Positions 36,473 through 45,515 of a DNA stretch of 64,000 nt are shown piece by piece. Each line of letters opens with the position of its first letter. Position 1 is the first letter of the stretch. The position numbers and the translations under genes were made by a program. This DNA is from Parcubacteria group bacterium Gr01-1014_8. GTDB lineage: Bacteria; Patescibacteriota; Minisyncoccia; Phycocordibacterales; UBA2100. The notes below the pieces were generated by a model. That model searched no databases. It had not been told where the DNA came from and saw only the letters and a program-made list of their open reading frames with translations. The stretch is taken from the NCBI GenBank assembly GCA_007376385.1, contig VMGC01000001.1:32001-96000 (forward strand). The letters run 5' to 3'.

Positions 36473-36543
36473 TCGGGGCGCTGGGAATCGAACCCAGTCT
36501 ACTTGCTCCCAAAGCAAGCGTACTACCGGTATACGACGCCCCG
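36473..36543 (-). tRNA. tRNA-Pro (anticodon TGG), no encoded CCA
   Basis: Manual fold of the reverse complement. Acceptor CGGGGCG/CGCCCCG. Anticodon stem CTTGC/GCAAG with loop TTTGGGA. T-arm CTGGG-TTCGATT-CCCAG. Discriminator A. Length 71 nt. Confidence 0.8.
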
Positions 36544-36666
36544 ACAAAACAAACCTCTATTGAATTAGTTTACAAATATTTAACATGCCTATCGCATCCT
36601 AACATAATATTAATAAAGGACACATTTAAATATATCGCGTCCGTTATGATGTCCTATCAAATATCG

Positions 36667-37059
36667 TTACATAATTTGTTCAAACAACCGGCAGCGTGCT
36701 GTTCGTTTCTTTTCGTCAACAAAAACTCCAACAGCGTCTATTTGAAATTCGCGTGAATCGTTTTTCTCATTCATGTATAACTCCGCAGTTCGCGAGATTT
36801 TTTGCAGCTTGACTGGATGGATCTGTTCCTCCGGTCGATAATTCCCCTTTTCACGTGAAATGTCCAAGTTGCTTTCACGTGAAAGAGCCTTCACCTCAAC
36901 AAAATGGATAATATTCTGTTTCTCGGCAATTATGTCTATTTCTCCCCATGGTTTCCTATAATTTCGTTCGACAATCTTATATCCCTTCCTCTCTAAAAAT
37001 ATACTTGCGATTCTCTCGCCGATTTGACCGACTCTTGTTCTTTTGCTGCTAATACCCAT
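36667..37059 (-). CDS. yraN: YraN-family (UPF0102) endonuclease
   Basis: 'GEIDIIA' and 'IHFVEVKA' motifs. Length 130 aa. Confidence 0.8.
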   Translation of the reverse strand: MGISSKRTRVGQIGERIASIFLERKGYKIVERNYRKPWGEIDIIAEKQNIIHFVEVKALSRESNLDISREKGNYRPEEQIHPVKLQKISRTAELYMNEKNDSREFQIDAVGVFVDEKKRTARCRLFEQIM

Positions 37060-37223
37060 GTTTTCACGTGAAATACGTTACTTAAGTACCATTTGTGCTA
37101 TTTTTCTCAAAAACAAAGGACAAAGGACGTATAAATATGTCCTTTATCCACATATCAACATGCTTTTCCACAGCTTCAACATAATTAAGGCGGGAATCGA
37201 ACTCCCGTCGATTACAATAAATC

Positions 37224-37928
37224 TTGATGCGAACTGATAGGCAACTAGCCATAAAGATGAGATCTGAAGGAAAAAGCTACGCAGAGATTTTTCATGAGTT
37301 AAAAATCCCAAGGAGCACACTATCGGGTTGGCTTGGCAATCTCGACTGGTCTACACACATAAAGAAAAGACTGAGCATATTGTCTAACGTCAATAGTACT
37401 ATACGTCTTCGAGAACTAAACAGAATTCGAGGACTTCATTTGATTAGGGTGTACGAACAGGCGAAAAAAGAGGCTGGGGATGAATTTAAGCGTTTCAGAT
37501 ACCATCCTCTATTTATTTCCGGTGTCATGCTCTACTGGGGGGAGGGCGACAAAAGATCCCGTCACCATACGCGACTTATCAATACTGATCCCGAAATGAT
37601 AAAGCTTTTCAGCCTTTTTTTAAGACAGTTATGTAGAATACCTGATCAGAAAATCAAAGCTGCGCTTACTATCTATCCAGATCTAGACGAAAAAGAATGC
37701 CGAAAATATTGGTCCTGGAAATCTGGCATTGATGAGACCAACTTCACTAAGTCCATGATCATCCAAGGACGCCATAAGACCAATAGGCTTTCGTACGGAA
37801 TGTGTACGATACTCGTGACAAGTACCTATTTAAAAGTAAAAATGCTCGAGTGGCTGCAAACGTTACCACAGGAATTGATGAAGCGACAATATTATGAGAG
37901 TATAGGCCGCGAAGCGGATATGGTTTAG
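37224..37928 (+). CDS. HTH-domain hypothetical protein
   Basis: N-terminal 'LAIKMRSEGKSYAEIFHELKIPRSTLSGWL' resembles a resolvase/transposase-type HTH. The rest of the protein is unassigned. Its 3' end overlaps tRNA-Gly(GCC) by 15 nt and a tRNA-like fragment lies just upstream. Confidence 0.45.
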   Translation: MMRTDRQLAIKMRSEGKSYAEIFHELKIPRSTLSGWLGNLDWSTHIKKRLSILSNVNSTIRLRELNRIRGLHLIRVYEQAKKEAGDEFKRFRYHPLFISGVMLYWGEGDKRSRHHTRLINTDPEMIKLFSLFLRQLCRIPDQKIKAALTIYPDLDEKECRKYWSWKSGIDETNFTKSMIIQGRHKTNRLSYGMCTILVTSTYLKVKMLEWLQTLPQELMKRQYYESIGREADMV

Positions 37929-37984
37929 TGGTAGAACGGTACCTTGCCAAGGTACAGATCGGGGTTCGATTCCCCGTATCCGCA
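37914..37984 (+). tRNA. tRNA-Gly (anticodon GCC), no encoded CCA
   Basis: Acceptor GCGGATA/TATCCGC. Anticodon stem GTACC/GGTAC with loop TTGCCAA. T-arm CGGGG-TTCGATT-CCCCG. Length 71 nt. Confidence 0.85.
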
Positions 37985-37995
37985 CACGATGCGAT

Positions 37996-38067
37996 TGCTC
38001 CCGCCAGGATTCGAACCTGGAACGTCAGTTCCGAAGACTGATGTGATATCCATTTCACCACAGGAGC
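37996..38067 (-). tRNA. tRNA-Arg (anticodon TCG), no encoded CCA
   Basis: Reverse complement gives GCTCCTGTGGTGAAATGGATATCACATCAGTCTTCGGAACTGACGTTCCAGGTTCGAATCCTGGCGGGAGCA. All stems pair. Anticodon loop is CTTCGGA. Confidence 0.8.
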
Positions 38068-38119
38068 GTGAGACCCATCATACAGCCCATTTATGTCTGC
38101 ACAATGCTAGAATCTGCAC

Positions 38120-39589
38120 ATGAATAAGGTTCTTCTTTCCGTACCGCAGGAAGTGACTAACCTCCATTCACGTCTCAAAGGAGCTGGTTTTGAGGCCTAT
38201 TTGGTCGGAGGGTGCGTTCGTGACGTTATAGCAGGTAGAATCCCCAAAGATTGGGATATTACAACCAATGCAAAGCCGCAGGAGATCCAAGCGCTTTTTG
38301 AAGAAACATTTTACGAGAACGAATACGGAACTGTCGGTGTCGTTACTGGATCTGATGATCCCAGACTAAAAGTAGTCGAGATTACGCCGTATCGTATAGA
38401 GGGAAAATACTCCAACGCACGCCACCCGGATGAAGTAAAATTCAGCGATACCCTTGAAGATGACCTGAAAAGACGTGATTTCACCATCAATGCTATCGCA
38501 TACGAACCGGACACGGGGGAATTGGTCGACCTGCATGGGGGAAAGAGCGATCTTGAGCGGAAGATCATTGCAACCGTGGGAAATTCGGATGAGCGATTCG
38601 CCGAAGATGCCCTGCGCATGCTTCGCGCGATCCGACTTTCCGCAGAATTGGATTTTGCTATCGATACAAAGACAGCAAGCGGTATCGCGAACAACGCGTC
38701 ACATTTGGCAAAGATATCGAGGGAACGTGTCAGAGATGAGTTGATAAAGATCCTGGAGAGCAACCGACCCATGCAAGCGCTTTATGTGGCTCAAAAATTG
38801 GGTATTTTGAAATACATCATTCCAGAGCTAGAAGAGGGAATTGGCGCTTCTCAAAACCAAGCCCACTCGTACGATGTGTTTGAGCATTCATTGCGGACTC
38901 TACAGCACGCTGCTGACAAGAAATGGCCGCTCGATGTGCGAGTTGGAGCACTCTTGCACGACATAGGTAAACCTGCGACGCGGCAATGGTCTGATGAGAA
39001 AAAAGATTGGACATTTTACGGACACGACGTCGTCGGAGCTAGGATAGCAAAAAGAATTCTCATTGACCTTCGATTTCCGAAAGAACTTATTGAGCGCGTA
39101 CATACCCTTGTGCGTTGGCATATGTTCTTTTCAGACCCAGATAAGATAACACTCTCTGCAGTCAGACGTGTCATAAATAGGGTAGGTACTGATAACATCA
39201 TGGACCTTCTTAATCTGCGCGTCTGCGACCGCATAGGGACTGGCAGACCGAAAGAGCATCCATTTCGCCTGCGCAAATACATGTCGATGGTAGATGAAGC
39301 AATGCGCGATCCTGTATCGGTCTCTATGCTGAAGATCGACGGCGAAGGAATCATTACATTAGGAGAAAGACCTGGACCCCGCATTGGTTGGATTCTGCAT
39401 GCACTTCTTGAAGAGGTACTGGACGACCCCACAAAAAATACCCGCGAATATCTTGAAACACGCTCAAAAGAGATGATGAAATTACCTGAACCTCAATTGC
39501 AAGAGATCGGCGAAAAGGGAAAGGAACGAAAGACGGAAGAAGACGAAGCCGCTATTCAAAAACTAAGAGAAAAACACCACGTACACTAG
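38120..39589 (+). CDS. cca: CCA-adding tRNA nucleotidyltransferase with HD domain
   Basis: 'AYLVGGCVRDVIAG' and 'RRDFTINAIA' (pol-beta nucleotidyltransferase head), plus HD motif 'ALLHDIGK'. Length 489 aa. Confidence 0.85.
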   Translation: MNKVLLSVPQEVTNLHSRLKGAGFEAYLVGGCVRDVIAGRIPKDWDITTNAKPQEIQALFEETFYENEYGTVGVVTGSDDPRLKVVEITPYRIEGKYSNARHPDEVKFSDTLEDDLKRRDFTINAIAYEPDTGELVDLHGGKSDLERKIIATVGNSDERFAEDALRMLRAIRLSAELDFAIDTKTASGIANNASHLAKISRERVRDELIKILESNRPMQALYVAQKLGILKYIIPELEEGIGASQNQAHSYDVFEHSLRTLQHAADKKWPLDVRVGALLHDIGKPATRQWSDEKKDWTFYGHDVVGARIAKRILIDLRFPKELIERVHTLVRWHMFFSDPDKITLSAVRRVINRVGTDNIMDLLNLRVCDRIGTGRPKEHPFRLRKYMSMVDEAMRDPVSVSMLKIDGEGIITLGERPGPRIGWILHALLEEVLDDPTKNTREYLETRSKEMMKLPEPQLQEIGEKGKERKTEEDEAAIQKLREKHHVH

Positions 39590-39605
39590 AGTCATAGAAA
39601 GGTTA

Positions 39606-39694
39606 AACCCCGCTTCACTCAGCGAATAAGTCACTCTTTTTCTGGACTTATCCGCAGTTGTAAAGCGGGGTTCAGTGGATACGAGGTATCCACA
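39606..39694 (+). other. structured RNA/DNA element: nested long hairpin plus adjacent perfect hairpin (terminator-like or small ncRNA)
   Basis: Outer 10-bp stem AACCCCGCTT (39606-39615) pairs with AAGCGGGGTT (39663-39672). Inside it, an 11-bp stem GCGAATAAGTC (39622-39632) pairs with GACTTATCCGC (39645-39655) with one mismatch. A perfect hairpin GTGGATAC-gag-GTATCCAC follows at 39676-39694. Confidence 0.4.
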
Positions 39695-39943
39695 GTTATG
39701 TAGTTTTCCAGAGATTGGTACCTATAAGGATAAGCGAACGGTACTTTTTTTCACATTTGGGCCCTCAATGAGAAGCCACGTTTTGGTGAGTGTACCTGCT
39801 ACCTTGGACCTAAAAGAACTTGGAAAACCGAAGGAAAGGTATGAACCTATCCTCTGTCCTAAAGAATACATGGCTTATGGACACTGTAAAGGACATGCTG
39901 TGGATAATCTTGGCTCATTTTCGACATAATATCCTATCGGACA

Positions 39944-40741
39944 TTACTTCAATTCCAGAGAAATCGGGCAGTGATCGGAGCCAAATATGTCAGGATGAAT
40001 TTCTGCTTTGTGGATTCTTGACGCAAGAGATTTTGAAACAAAAAAATAATCTATGCGCCAACCAACATTACGCGCACGCGCATTTCCGAAGTGGCTCCAC
40101 CACGTATAGAACCCTTTTCCTTTGTGCTCGAGCCTGAACGAGTCTATAAATCCGGCGTCGACCAACATTTGGATACCCTCGCGCTCCTCTTTGGTGAATC
40201 CGTGCTCGCCCTCGTTAGCCTTGGGATTGGCCAAATCATCCTCCGTGTGTGCTACGTTCAGGTCTCCCGTAAAAATGACAGGTTTTTTCTTCTCTAGCTG
40301 TTTTATATAGGACAGAAACGCAGGGTCCCAGTGCTTATGCCGCAACGCCAATCGGCTCAAATCCGGTTTCGCATTGGGCGTATACACGTTCACAAGAAAA
40401 AAATCCTTGAATTCCGCGGCCATAACGCGGCCCTCGGCGTTCGGATCCCCGTATCCGTCACCTGATAACTTGAACTTCTTAGCTATTTCCTCAGGAAGTC
40501 CGAGTAAAAGGCCCAGAGGCTTAACTTTCGTAAAAATGGCTGTGCCGGCGTACCCTTTCTTCCTTGTTGAAGAGTTCCAGTACTCCTCGTACTCTGGCAA
40601 GTCGATTACAGCCTGTCCCTTCTCTGCCTTAGTCTCTTGGAGGCAAATAATGTCTGGTTTCAGAGCTCGGACAAAGGGCACAAAAAGCTCCTTTCTATGG
40701 ACAGCTCGCAGTCCATTCACATTCCATGAAACCAGTTTCAT
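39944..40741 (-). CDS. xth: exodeoxyribonuclease III
   Basis: 'MKLVSWNVNGLRA', 'DIICLQETK' and 'SDHCPISLEL'. Length 265 aa. Confidence 0.95.
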   Translation of the reverse strand: MKLVSWNVNGLRAVHRKELFVPFVRALKPDIICLQETKAEKGQAVIDLPEYEEYWNSSTRKKGYAGTAIFTKVKPLGLLLGLPEEIAKKFKLSGDGYGDPNAEGRVMAAEFKDFFLVNVYTPNAKPDLSRLALRHKHWDPAFLSYIKQLEKKKPVIFTGDLNVAHTEDDLANPKANEGEHGFTKEEREGIQMLVDAGFIDSFRLEHKGKGFYTWWSHFGNARARNVGWRIDYFFVSKSLASRIHKAEIHPDIFGSDHCPISLELK

Positions 40742-40775
40742 GACAAAACACTAACACACCACATCACAGATTGAT

Positions 40776-41576
40776 TTATGCGCTTAAGGTGCTGTCTATG
40801 TAGCGGAACAATTCTTTCATTGTTTTTGCAACCTTTTCATCTTCGATCAGTACTGCGAGAGGATGTTCTTTCGCAAAAGACGCTATAAGGATCTTATTTT
40901 CGTAGATGGCAAGTTCTATATCGAAATCGAACCCGGGCGGCAAGACCTTAGTCAAGCGGAAATCTTTAGAATCGCGTGCCTTTATCCAATGAGGCTCATT
41001 CTTACTGGCTGTTGCAATGTCGAGAAATTCAACTCCGGCTTTTTTTCGGCGAGCGATATAGTATTCTATCCAATCCATATCGATGGATTTCTCACTCAAC
41101 ACTGTATCCGTCCCGGTAAAACCGTATATAACCTTTGATGAATTGTTACGAATCGTATCTTCATATGCCTGTTTCAGCCCTTCCACGCCGTCAAAGTATT
41201 GGATCGCGGGATAGGCTTTGCCACCTGTTTTTCTGACTTGTTCGATTACCGGAACAATGTCCCGCACCCGCTCGATATCAGACGAAAGTCTTTCTCTTGA
41301 TCGCTCAATATAGTCCACAAGGAGGTGCGGCTGGATGGATCGATAAGTTAGGATTCCTCCATCCTCAACTGAAGAAACAAGCCCACGTTTTGAAAGTGTT
41401 TTTAGTATTCCATACAGGGTAGTACGGTTCACTTTCGTATTCTTCGAGATAGTTGAAATTCTCTCTGCACGTCCACTCTCCAACAAGTACGTAAAGACCT
41501 GCCCTTCAGAAGCAGAAAGTCCCAGGTGTTCTAGAACTTCGTTTAGATTGTGTTGCATAAGCCTTGGAGCATGCAT
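40776..41576 (-). CDS. TrmB-family transcriptional regulator
   Basis: N-terminal TrmB HTH 'LNEVLEHLGLSASEGQVFTYLLESGRAERISTISKNTKVNRTTLYGILKTLSKRGLV' plus a TrmB C-terminal domain. The start is ambiguous, at M21 or M27 of the ORF. Confidence 0.75.
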   Translation of the reverse strand: MHAPRLMQHNLNEVLEHLGLSASEGQVFTYLLESGRAERISTISKNTKVNRTTLYGILKTLSKRGLVSSVEDGGILTYRSIQPHLLVDYIERSRERLSSDIERVRDIVPVIEQVRKTGGKAYPAIQYFDGVEGLKQAYEDTIRNNSSKVIYGFTGTDTVLSEKSIDMDWIEYYIARRKKAGVEFLDIATASKNEPHWIKARDSKDFRLTKVLPPGFDFDIELAIYENKILIASFAKEHPLAVLIEDEKVAKTMKELFRYIDSTLSA

Positions 41577-41615
41577 ACTGTTGTCGGAATTTAACAACAA
41601 AATTACCACAAAACA

Positions 41616-41643
41616 TTGACTCTTGTCAAGCGCCACGTAATAT
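41616..41643 (+). promoter_or_regulatory. sigma70-type promoter of the liv-type ABC operon, overlapped by a palindromic operator candidate
   Basis: TTGACT at 41616-41621, a 16-nt spacer, then TAATAT at 41638-41643. The palindrome TTGACtcttGTCAA at 41616-41629 covers the -35 element and the spacer. Confidence 0.5.
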
Positions 41644-41691
41644 TGCCTCGTTATTTTAATAATTTAGAGTTGTATAGCCCTGTCGAATTAT

Positions 41692-42819
41692 ATGGACAAT
41701 TCAGCTAAGTTCATCGGATGGGCCGCAGGAATCGCGGTCGTTGCGGCAGTAATTGTGTTTATGTATGTGGGTACCTCAACCCCTTCTGAGACTGGACCTA
41801 TAACCATCGGCTTTATTGCGCCACTTACTGGGGATGTCGCATCAATAGGCTCCGTCGCACGTACGGCAACGGAGCTTGCAGTAGAAGAGATCAACAGCGC
41901 CGGGGGCATTGACGGCCGACAGCTCAACGTTGTCTACGAGGATGGGCAGTGTTCGGCAACGCCTGCAAACAATGCGGCGACAAAACTCATTAATGCCGAC
42001 AGAGTAATTGCAATAATCGGTGGTGTATGTTCTTCTGAAACCGCTGCATTCGCGCCGACAGCGATGCAGAATAAAATTGTCGTCATTTCGGAATGTTCTT
42101 CTGCGCCGAATCTAAGCAAGACCGGGAAGTACTTCTTCAGAAATTACCCATCCGATGCTTATCAGGGAAAGTATGCGGCGGAGCATGCATATAACATGCT
42201 TGGTGCCCGAAACGCTGCATTGATTTTCCATCAAACTGACTGGGGAACCGGTATTAAAGATGTATTCAAGCAGCGCTTTACGGAGCTCGGAGGCAATATT
42301 GTTGTTGAAGATGGCTCGCCGCAGGAAGCGCGTGATTATCGGACTGCGCTTTCGAAAGTAAAAGTAGCAAATCCTGACTACATCTACGCGCCAACATACC
42401 CCGAAGGCGGAACCGTGCTTCTGAGACAGATAAAAGAAATGGGTATCAACTCGAAAATTCTCGCCGGAGATGCATGGTCTGATACGAGGTTGCAAAAAGA
42501 CGTTGCAAGTTTTGATCTCGACATTCTGTACGTCGAATCAAAAGGAAATGTCACGGATGAGTTCAAGTCAAAGCTTCTAGCGAAAACTGGCGGCGATCAA
42601 GTTCCACTGTGTGCGCCTCAAGTCTATGACGCAACGTACATTCTTGCGGAAGCACTAAAGAAGGCAGGTACTGACCCAGACAAACTCGCTGACGCAATGC
42701 GTGCAACAAAATACGACGGCGTATCGGGACACATTGAATTTGATGCGAATGGCGACATGACGGTCGCAGAATATATCGTTAAACGAATTGAAAACGGCAC
42801 TGCGGCACAAGTTCAATAG
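41692..42819 (+). CDS. ABC transporter substrate-binding protein, branched-chain amino acid/LivK-like (Peripla_BP_6)
   Basis: N-terminal TM or signal anchor, then 'ITIGFIAPLTGDVASIGSVARTATELAVEEINSAGGIDGRQLNVVYEDGQ', typical of LivJ/K-family SBPs. Confidence 0.85.
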   Translation: MDNSAKFIGWAAGIAVVAAVIVFMYVGTSTPSETGPITIGFIAPLTGDVASIGSVARTATELAVEEINSAGGIDGRQLNVVYEDGQCSATPANNAATKLINADRVIAIIGGVCSSETAAFAPTAMQNKIVVISECSSAPNLSKTGKYFFRNYPSDAYQGKYAAEHAYNMLGARNAALIFHQTDWGTGIKDVFKQRFTELGGNIVVEDGSPQEARDYRTALSKVKVANPDYIYAPTYPEGGTVLLRQIKEMGINSKILAGDAWSDTRLQKDVASFDLDILYVESKGNVTDEFKSKLLAKTGGDQVPLCAPQVYDATYILAEALKKAGTDPDKLADAMRATKYDGVSGHIEFDANGDMTVAEYIVKRIENGTAAQVQ

Positions 42820-42853
42820 CTGAAGCGGTACATTCGAAGGTATACTGCCGCTT

Positions 42854-43720
42854 ATGGAAATCGCGGTGCAAATCGCACTGAACGCAGTCATCGCTGGCGC
42901 TCTGTACTCGCTCGCGGCACTAGGTTTCAATCTTGTCTACAACACCGCACGATTCTTCGACCTCGGATACGGAGCAGTCGCGGCAACGGGGGCGTACGCT
43001 GTCTTCTATTTCTACAAAACTCTTCAATTCGATCTTCTTTCTTCGATAGCTCTCGGCATTCTCATAGCCGGCGCGCTTGGTTTTTTAATAGAAAAGGTCG
43101 TATATAGACAGCTTCGGGCACGTAAGGCATCTCAAACGGTTCTCCTCATCGCCTCCCTTGGTGTTTTGACTGTCGTGCAGGCAATAATTGCAATAATTTT
43201 CTCCAGCCAGTTCCAAACGTTGTCACGGAATATCGGAGCAAGTCGCATTTATAACGTATATGGGGGTGTCATGACAGAAACGCAAGTCATTATCTTGTGC
43301 TCGGGTCTCAGTATCATGACGGCACTAGGCATAATTCTGCGCTATACACTATTTGGCAAGGCAATAAAGGCGGTTGCAGACGACGAGGAGGTCGCGCAAA
43401 TAGTTGGCATCAACAGCGAGCGCCTTATCGGCATAGTTTTTTTCATCGGCTCCGCGATAGGCGGCATTGCGGGAATTGCAGTTGGCTTTGACACTGGGAT
43501 TCAGCCGACTATGGGAATGACATTACTACTTTCCGGTGTAGTCGCGGCGATAATTGGGGGAATGGGGAATGTATATGGTGGAGTTATCGGCGCGTTCTTA
43601 CTCGCAGCAATCGAAAATGCCGGCGTTTGGTACCTCTCCGGAGAATGGAAGGCCGCTATCGCATTTGCGATTCTTATTCTATTCCTCCTTTTCCGTCCGC
43701 AAGGACTCTTTCAAAAATAA
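42854..43720 (+). CDS. livH: branched-chain amino acid ABC transporter permease (LivH-like)
   Basis: 288 aa with eight TM segments and BPD_transp_2 signatures. Confidence 0.85.
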   Translation: MEIAVQIALNAVIAGALYSLAALGFNLVYNTARFFDLGYGAVAATGAYAVFYFYKTLQFDLLSSIALGILIAGALGFLIEKVVYRQLRARKASQTVLLIASLGVLTVVQAIIAIIFSSQFQTLSRNIGASRIYNVYGGVMTETQVIILCSGLSIMTALGIILRYTLFGKAIKAVADDEEVAQIVGINSERLIGIVFFIGSAIGGIAGIAVGFDTGIQPTMGMTLLLSGVVAAIIGGMGNVYGGVIGAFLLAAIENAGVWYLSGEWKAAIAFAILILFLLFRPQGLFQK

Positions 43721-43723
43721 TAT

Positions 43724-44590
43724 ATGGAATATCTTGTACATATAGCAGTGCTGATTTGTATATACGGCATTCTCGGACTCTCGTTAAATCTTGCTGTGGG
43801 GCAGGCGGGATTGCTTTCGGTTACTCACGCAGCATTTTACGGAATCGGAGCATACGTAGTTGCACTACTGCTGATAGCAGTTGGGCTCAATTTCTTTATC
43901 GCGGTACCGATTGCAATGATCCTCGCAGGGGTTGTTGCGCTCGCAGTCGGCGTCGTGTTCTCGAGACTCCGTGAGGTGTATTACGTATTCGGAACACTAG
44001 GGTTCAATATCATCGCATATAGCGTCTTTCTCAATTGGGATAGCGTGACACGTGGACCTCTCGGGATTCCGGGGATCCCGCGACCCGAGATTTTTGGTTT
44101 TCGATTCGGTGAGAATGAATTTTTTCTGATTCTTGCGACAATTTTTCTCGCAATTACATATGCGGTATGCCAATTTGTCACATCCTCGTCATTCGGCCGT
44201 GTGCTTCGCGCGATTCGTGAAGACGAAGAAGTAACATCCGTATTCGGATATGCAACGCACTATCATAAACTCGCTGTTTTTGTCATTTCAGGCATGCTTG
44301 CTGCATTCGCCGGAACACTTTTTGCGACGTACATAACATTCATTGACCCCTCGAGTTTTAATTTGAACGAATCGATATTTATTCTTGCCATCATAATCCT
44401 AGGTGGACTCGCATCACATCGCGGCGCGATTCTGGGAGCGTTTCTTCTCATTATCCTTCCCGAGGCACTTCGATTCGTGGGATTTCCCTCGGACGTCGCG
44501 GCACAGATGAGACAGGTAACCTACGGTTTAATTTTAATTTTACTTATGCTCTATCGTCCACAGGGAATTTGGGGCGAGTTCAGGATGTAG
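43724..44590 (+). CDS. livM: branched-chain amino acid ABC transporter permease (LivM-like)
   Basis: 288 aa, polytopic, a paralog of the preceding permease. Confidence 0.85.
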   Translation: MEYLVHIAVLICIYGILGLSLNLAVGQAGLLSVTHAAFYGIGAYVVALLLIAVGLNFFIAVPIAMILAGVVALAVGVVFSRLREVYYVFGTLGFNIIAYSVFLNWDSVTRGPLGIPGIPRPEIFGFRFGENEFFLILATIFLAITYAVCQFVTSSSFGRVLRAIREDEEVTSVFGYATHYHKLAVFVISGMLAAFAGTLFATYITFIDPSSFNLNESIFILAIIILGGLASHRGAILGAFLLIILPEALRFVGFPSDVAAQMRQVTYGLILILLMLYRPQGIWGEFRM

Positions 44591-45332
44591 TCGTCTCGAT
44601 TGCCGGCTTCGATATTTGCCACATCGCTTCGAACATGGCGCGGAAAGCGTTTGCTATATCTTCACTTTCAATCTTTACAGTGAAATATTCTTTTTTTGCT
44701 GAGGTAATCAGTGTCGTATTGCCAAATATGCCTATATCGGTAGCAAAAGGAGAGAATTCTTTTGGCATGAGTCGAACTTGCCGATACGGTCCACTAGCGC
44801 GTCGCGCATAAGCACGCGAAACCTCGCTGTCGTCAGCAATTTCGCGCGTGCGAAATGCGGGCGAAAGAGAAACATACTCGAACTTCTGAAGAGTGCGCGC
44901 AAACACTTCTTGTACCAAATCCATATTGCTCATGTAGAGTATTTCTCCCTTCACAACAAAGCTATCGTCATACGCTCGATCAAGCGCTTCTTTTCCTTCG
45001 AAAACTACCACACGCGGGCGACTATCTTTGTTCAACATCATCGCCTCAAATTGCGGAATCATGTTTTGTATCTCCTTAAGACGAATCTCCGCCTCAGCGA
45101 GAATTTTTCGTGGATGCTGGGGAGCGTAAAGCGTCTGACGTTTTTTCTCTACTCTTGAGACAAGCCCCTTCGATTCGAGCGAATGCAAAATCAAATAAGC
45201 AGTCGGTCGTTTAATTACAGCTTTTTTTGCAATCTTCAAAACAGAAGCCTCTCCGATCTCCAAAAGCGCTAAATAGACGGAAGACTCTTTTTCGTTGAGT
45301 CCGATGTGGCGAAGGGTCTCCCTTGATTCCAT
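44580..45332 (-). CDS. TrmB-family transcriptional regulator (second copy)
   Basis: 'LNEKESSVYLALLEIGEASVLKIAKKAVIKRPTAYLILHSLESKGLV' HTH plus a TrmB C-terminal domain. It is convergent with livM and overlaps it by 11 nt. Confidence 0.75.
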   Translation of the reverse strand: MESRETLRHIGLNEKESSVYLALLEIGEASVLKIAKKAVIKRPTAYLILHSLESKGLVSRVEKKRQTLYAPQHPRKILAEAEIRLKEIQNMIPQFEAMMLNKDSRPRVVVFEGKEALDRAYDDSFVVKGEILYMSNMDLVQEVFARTLQKFEYVSLSPAFRTREIADDSEVSRAYARRASGPYRQVRLMPKEFSPFATDIGIFGNTTLITSAKKEYFTVKIESEDIANAFRAMFEAMWQISKPAIETTTS

Positions 45333-45360
45333 GCACGTAGATTAGCCAAGTTATGTCCTA

Positions 45361-45379
45361 TTGTCAATATTTCTGACAA
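45361..45379. promoter_or_regulatory. palindromic operator candidate in the divergent trmB2 / SBP2 promoter region
   Basis: TTGTCA-atatttc-TGACAA is a perfect 6-bp inverted repeat. It shares the hexamer TTGTCA with the site at 41616-41629. Confidence 0.4.
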
Positions 45380-45515
45380 CACGACATAAAAGATGGTCCA
45401 AAAAGCTTATTAAAAAGGGCTTTTTTGGTCTAAAATCATTGACCCACAATATATAAAAAAGTCAAACTACTGGCCGTGCAGGGGGATTAGCCATAACCAC
45501 CCCCTTCCGAGCTAC

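Noticed and set aside
39675-39929. 84-aa ORF in the cca/xth convergent intergenic region
   Set aside because: It overlaps the structured hairpin element, has no RBS or homology, and has odd composition.
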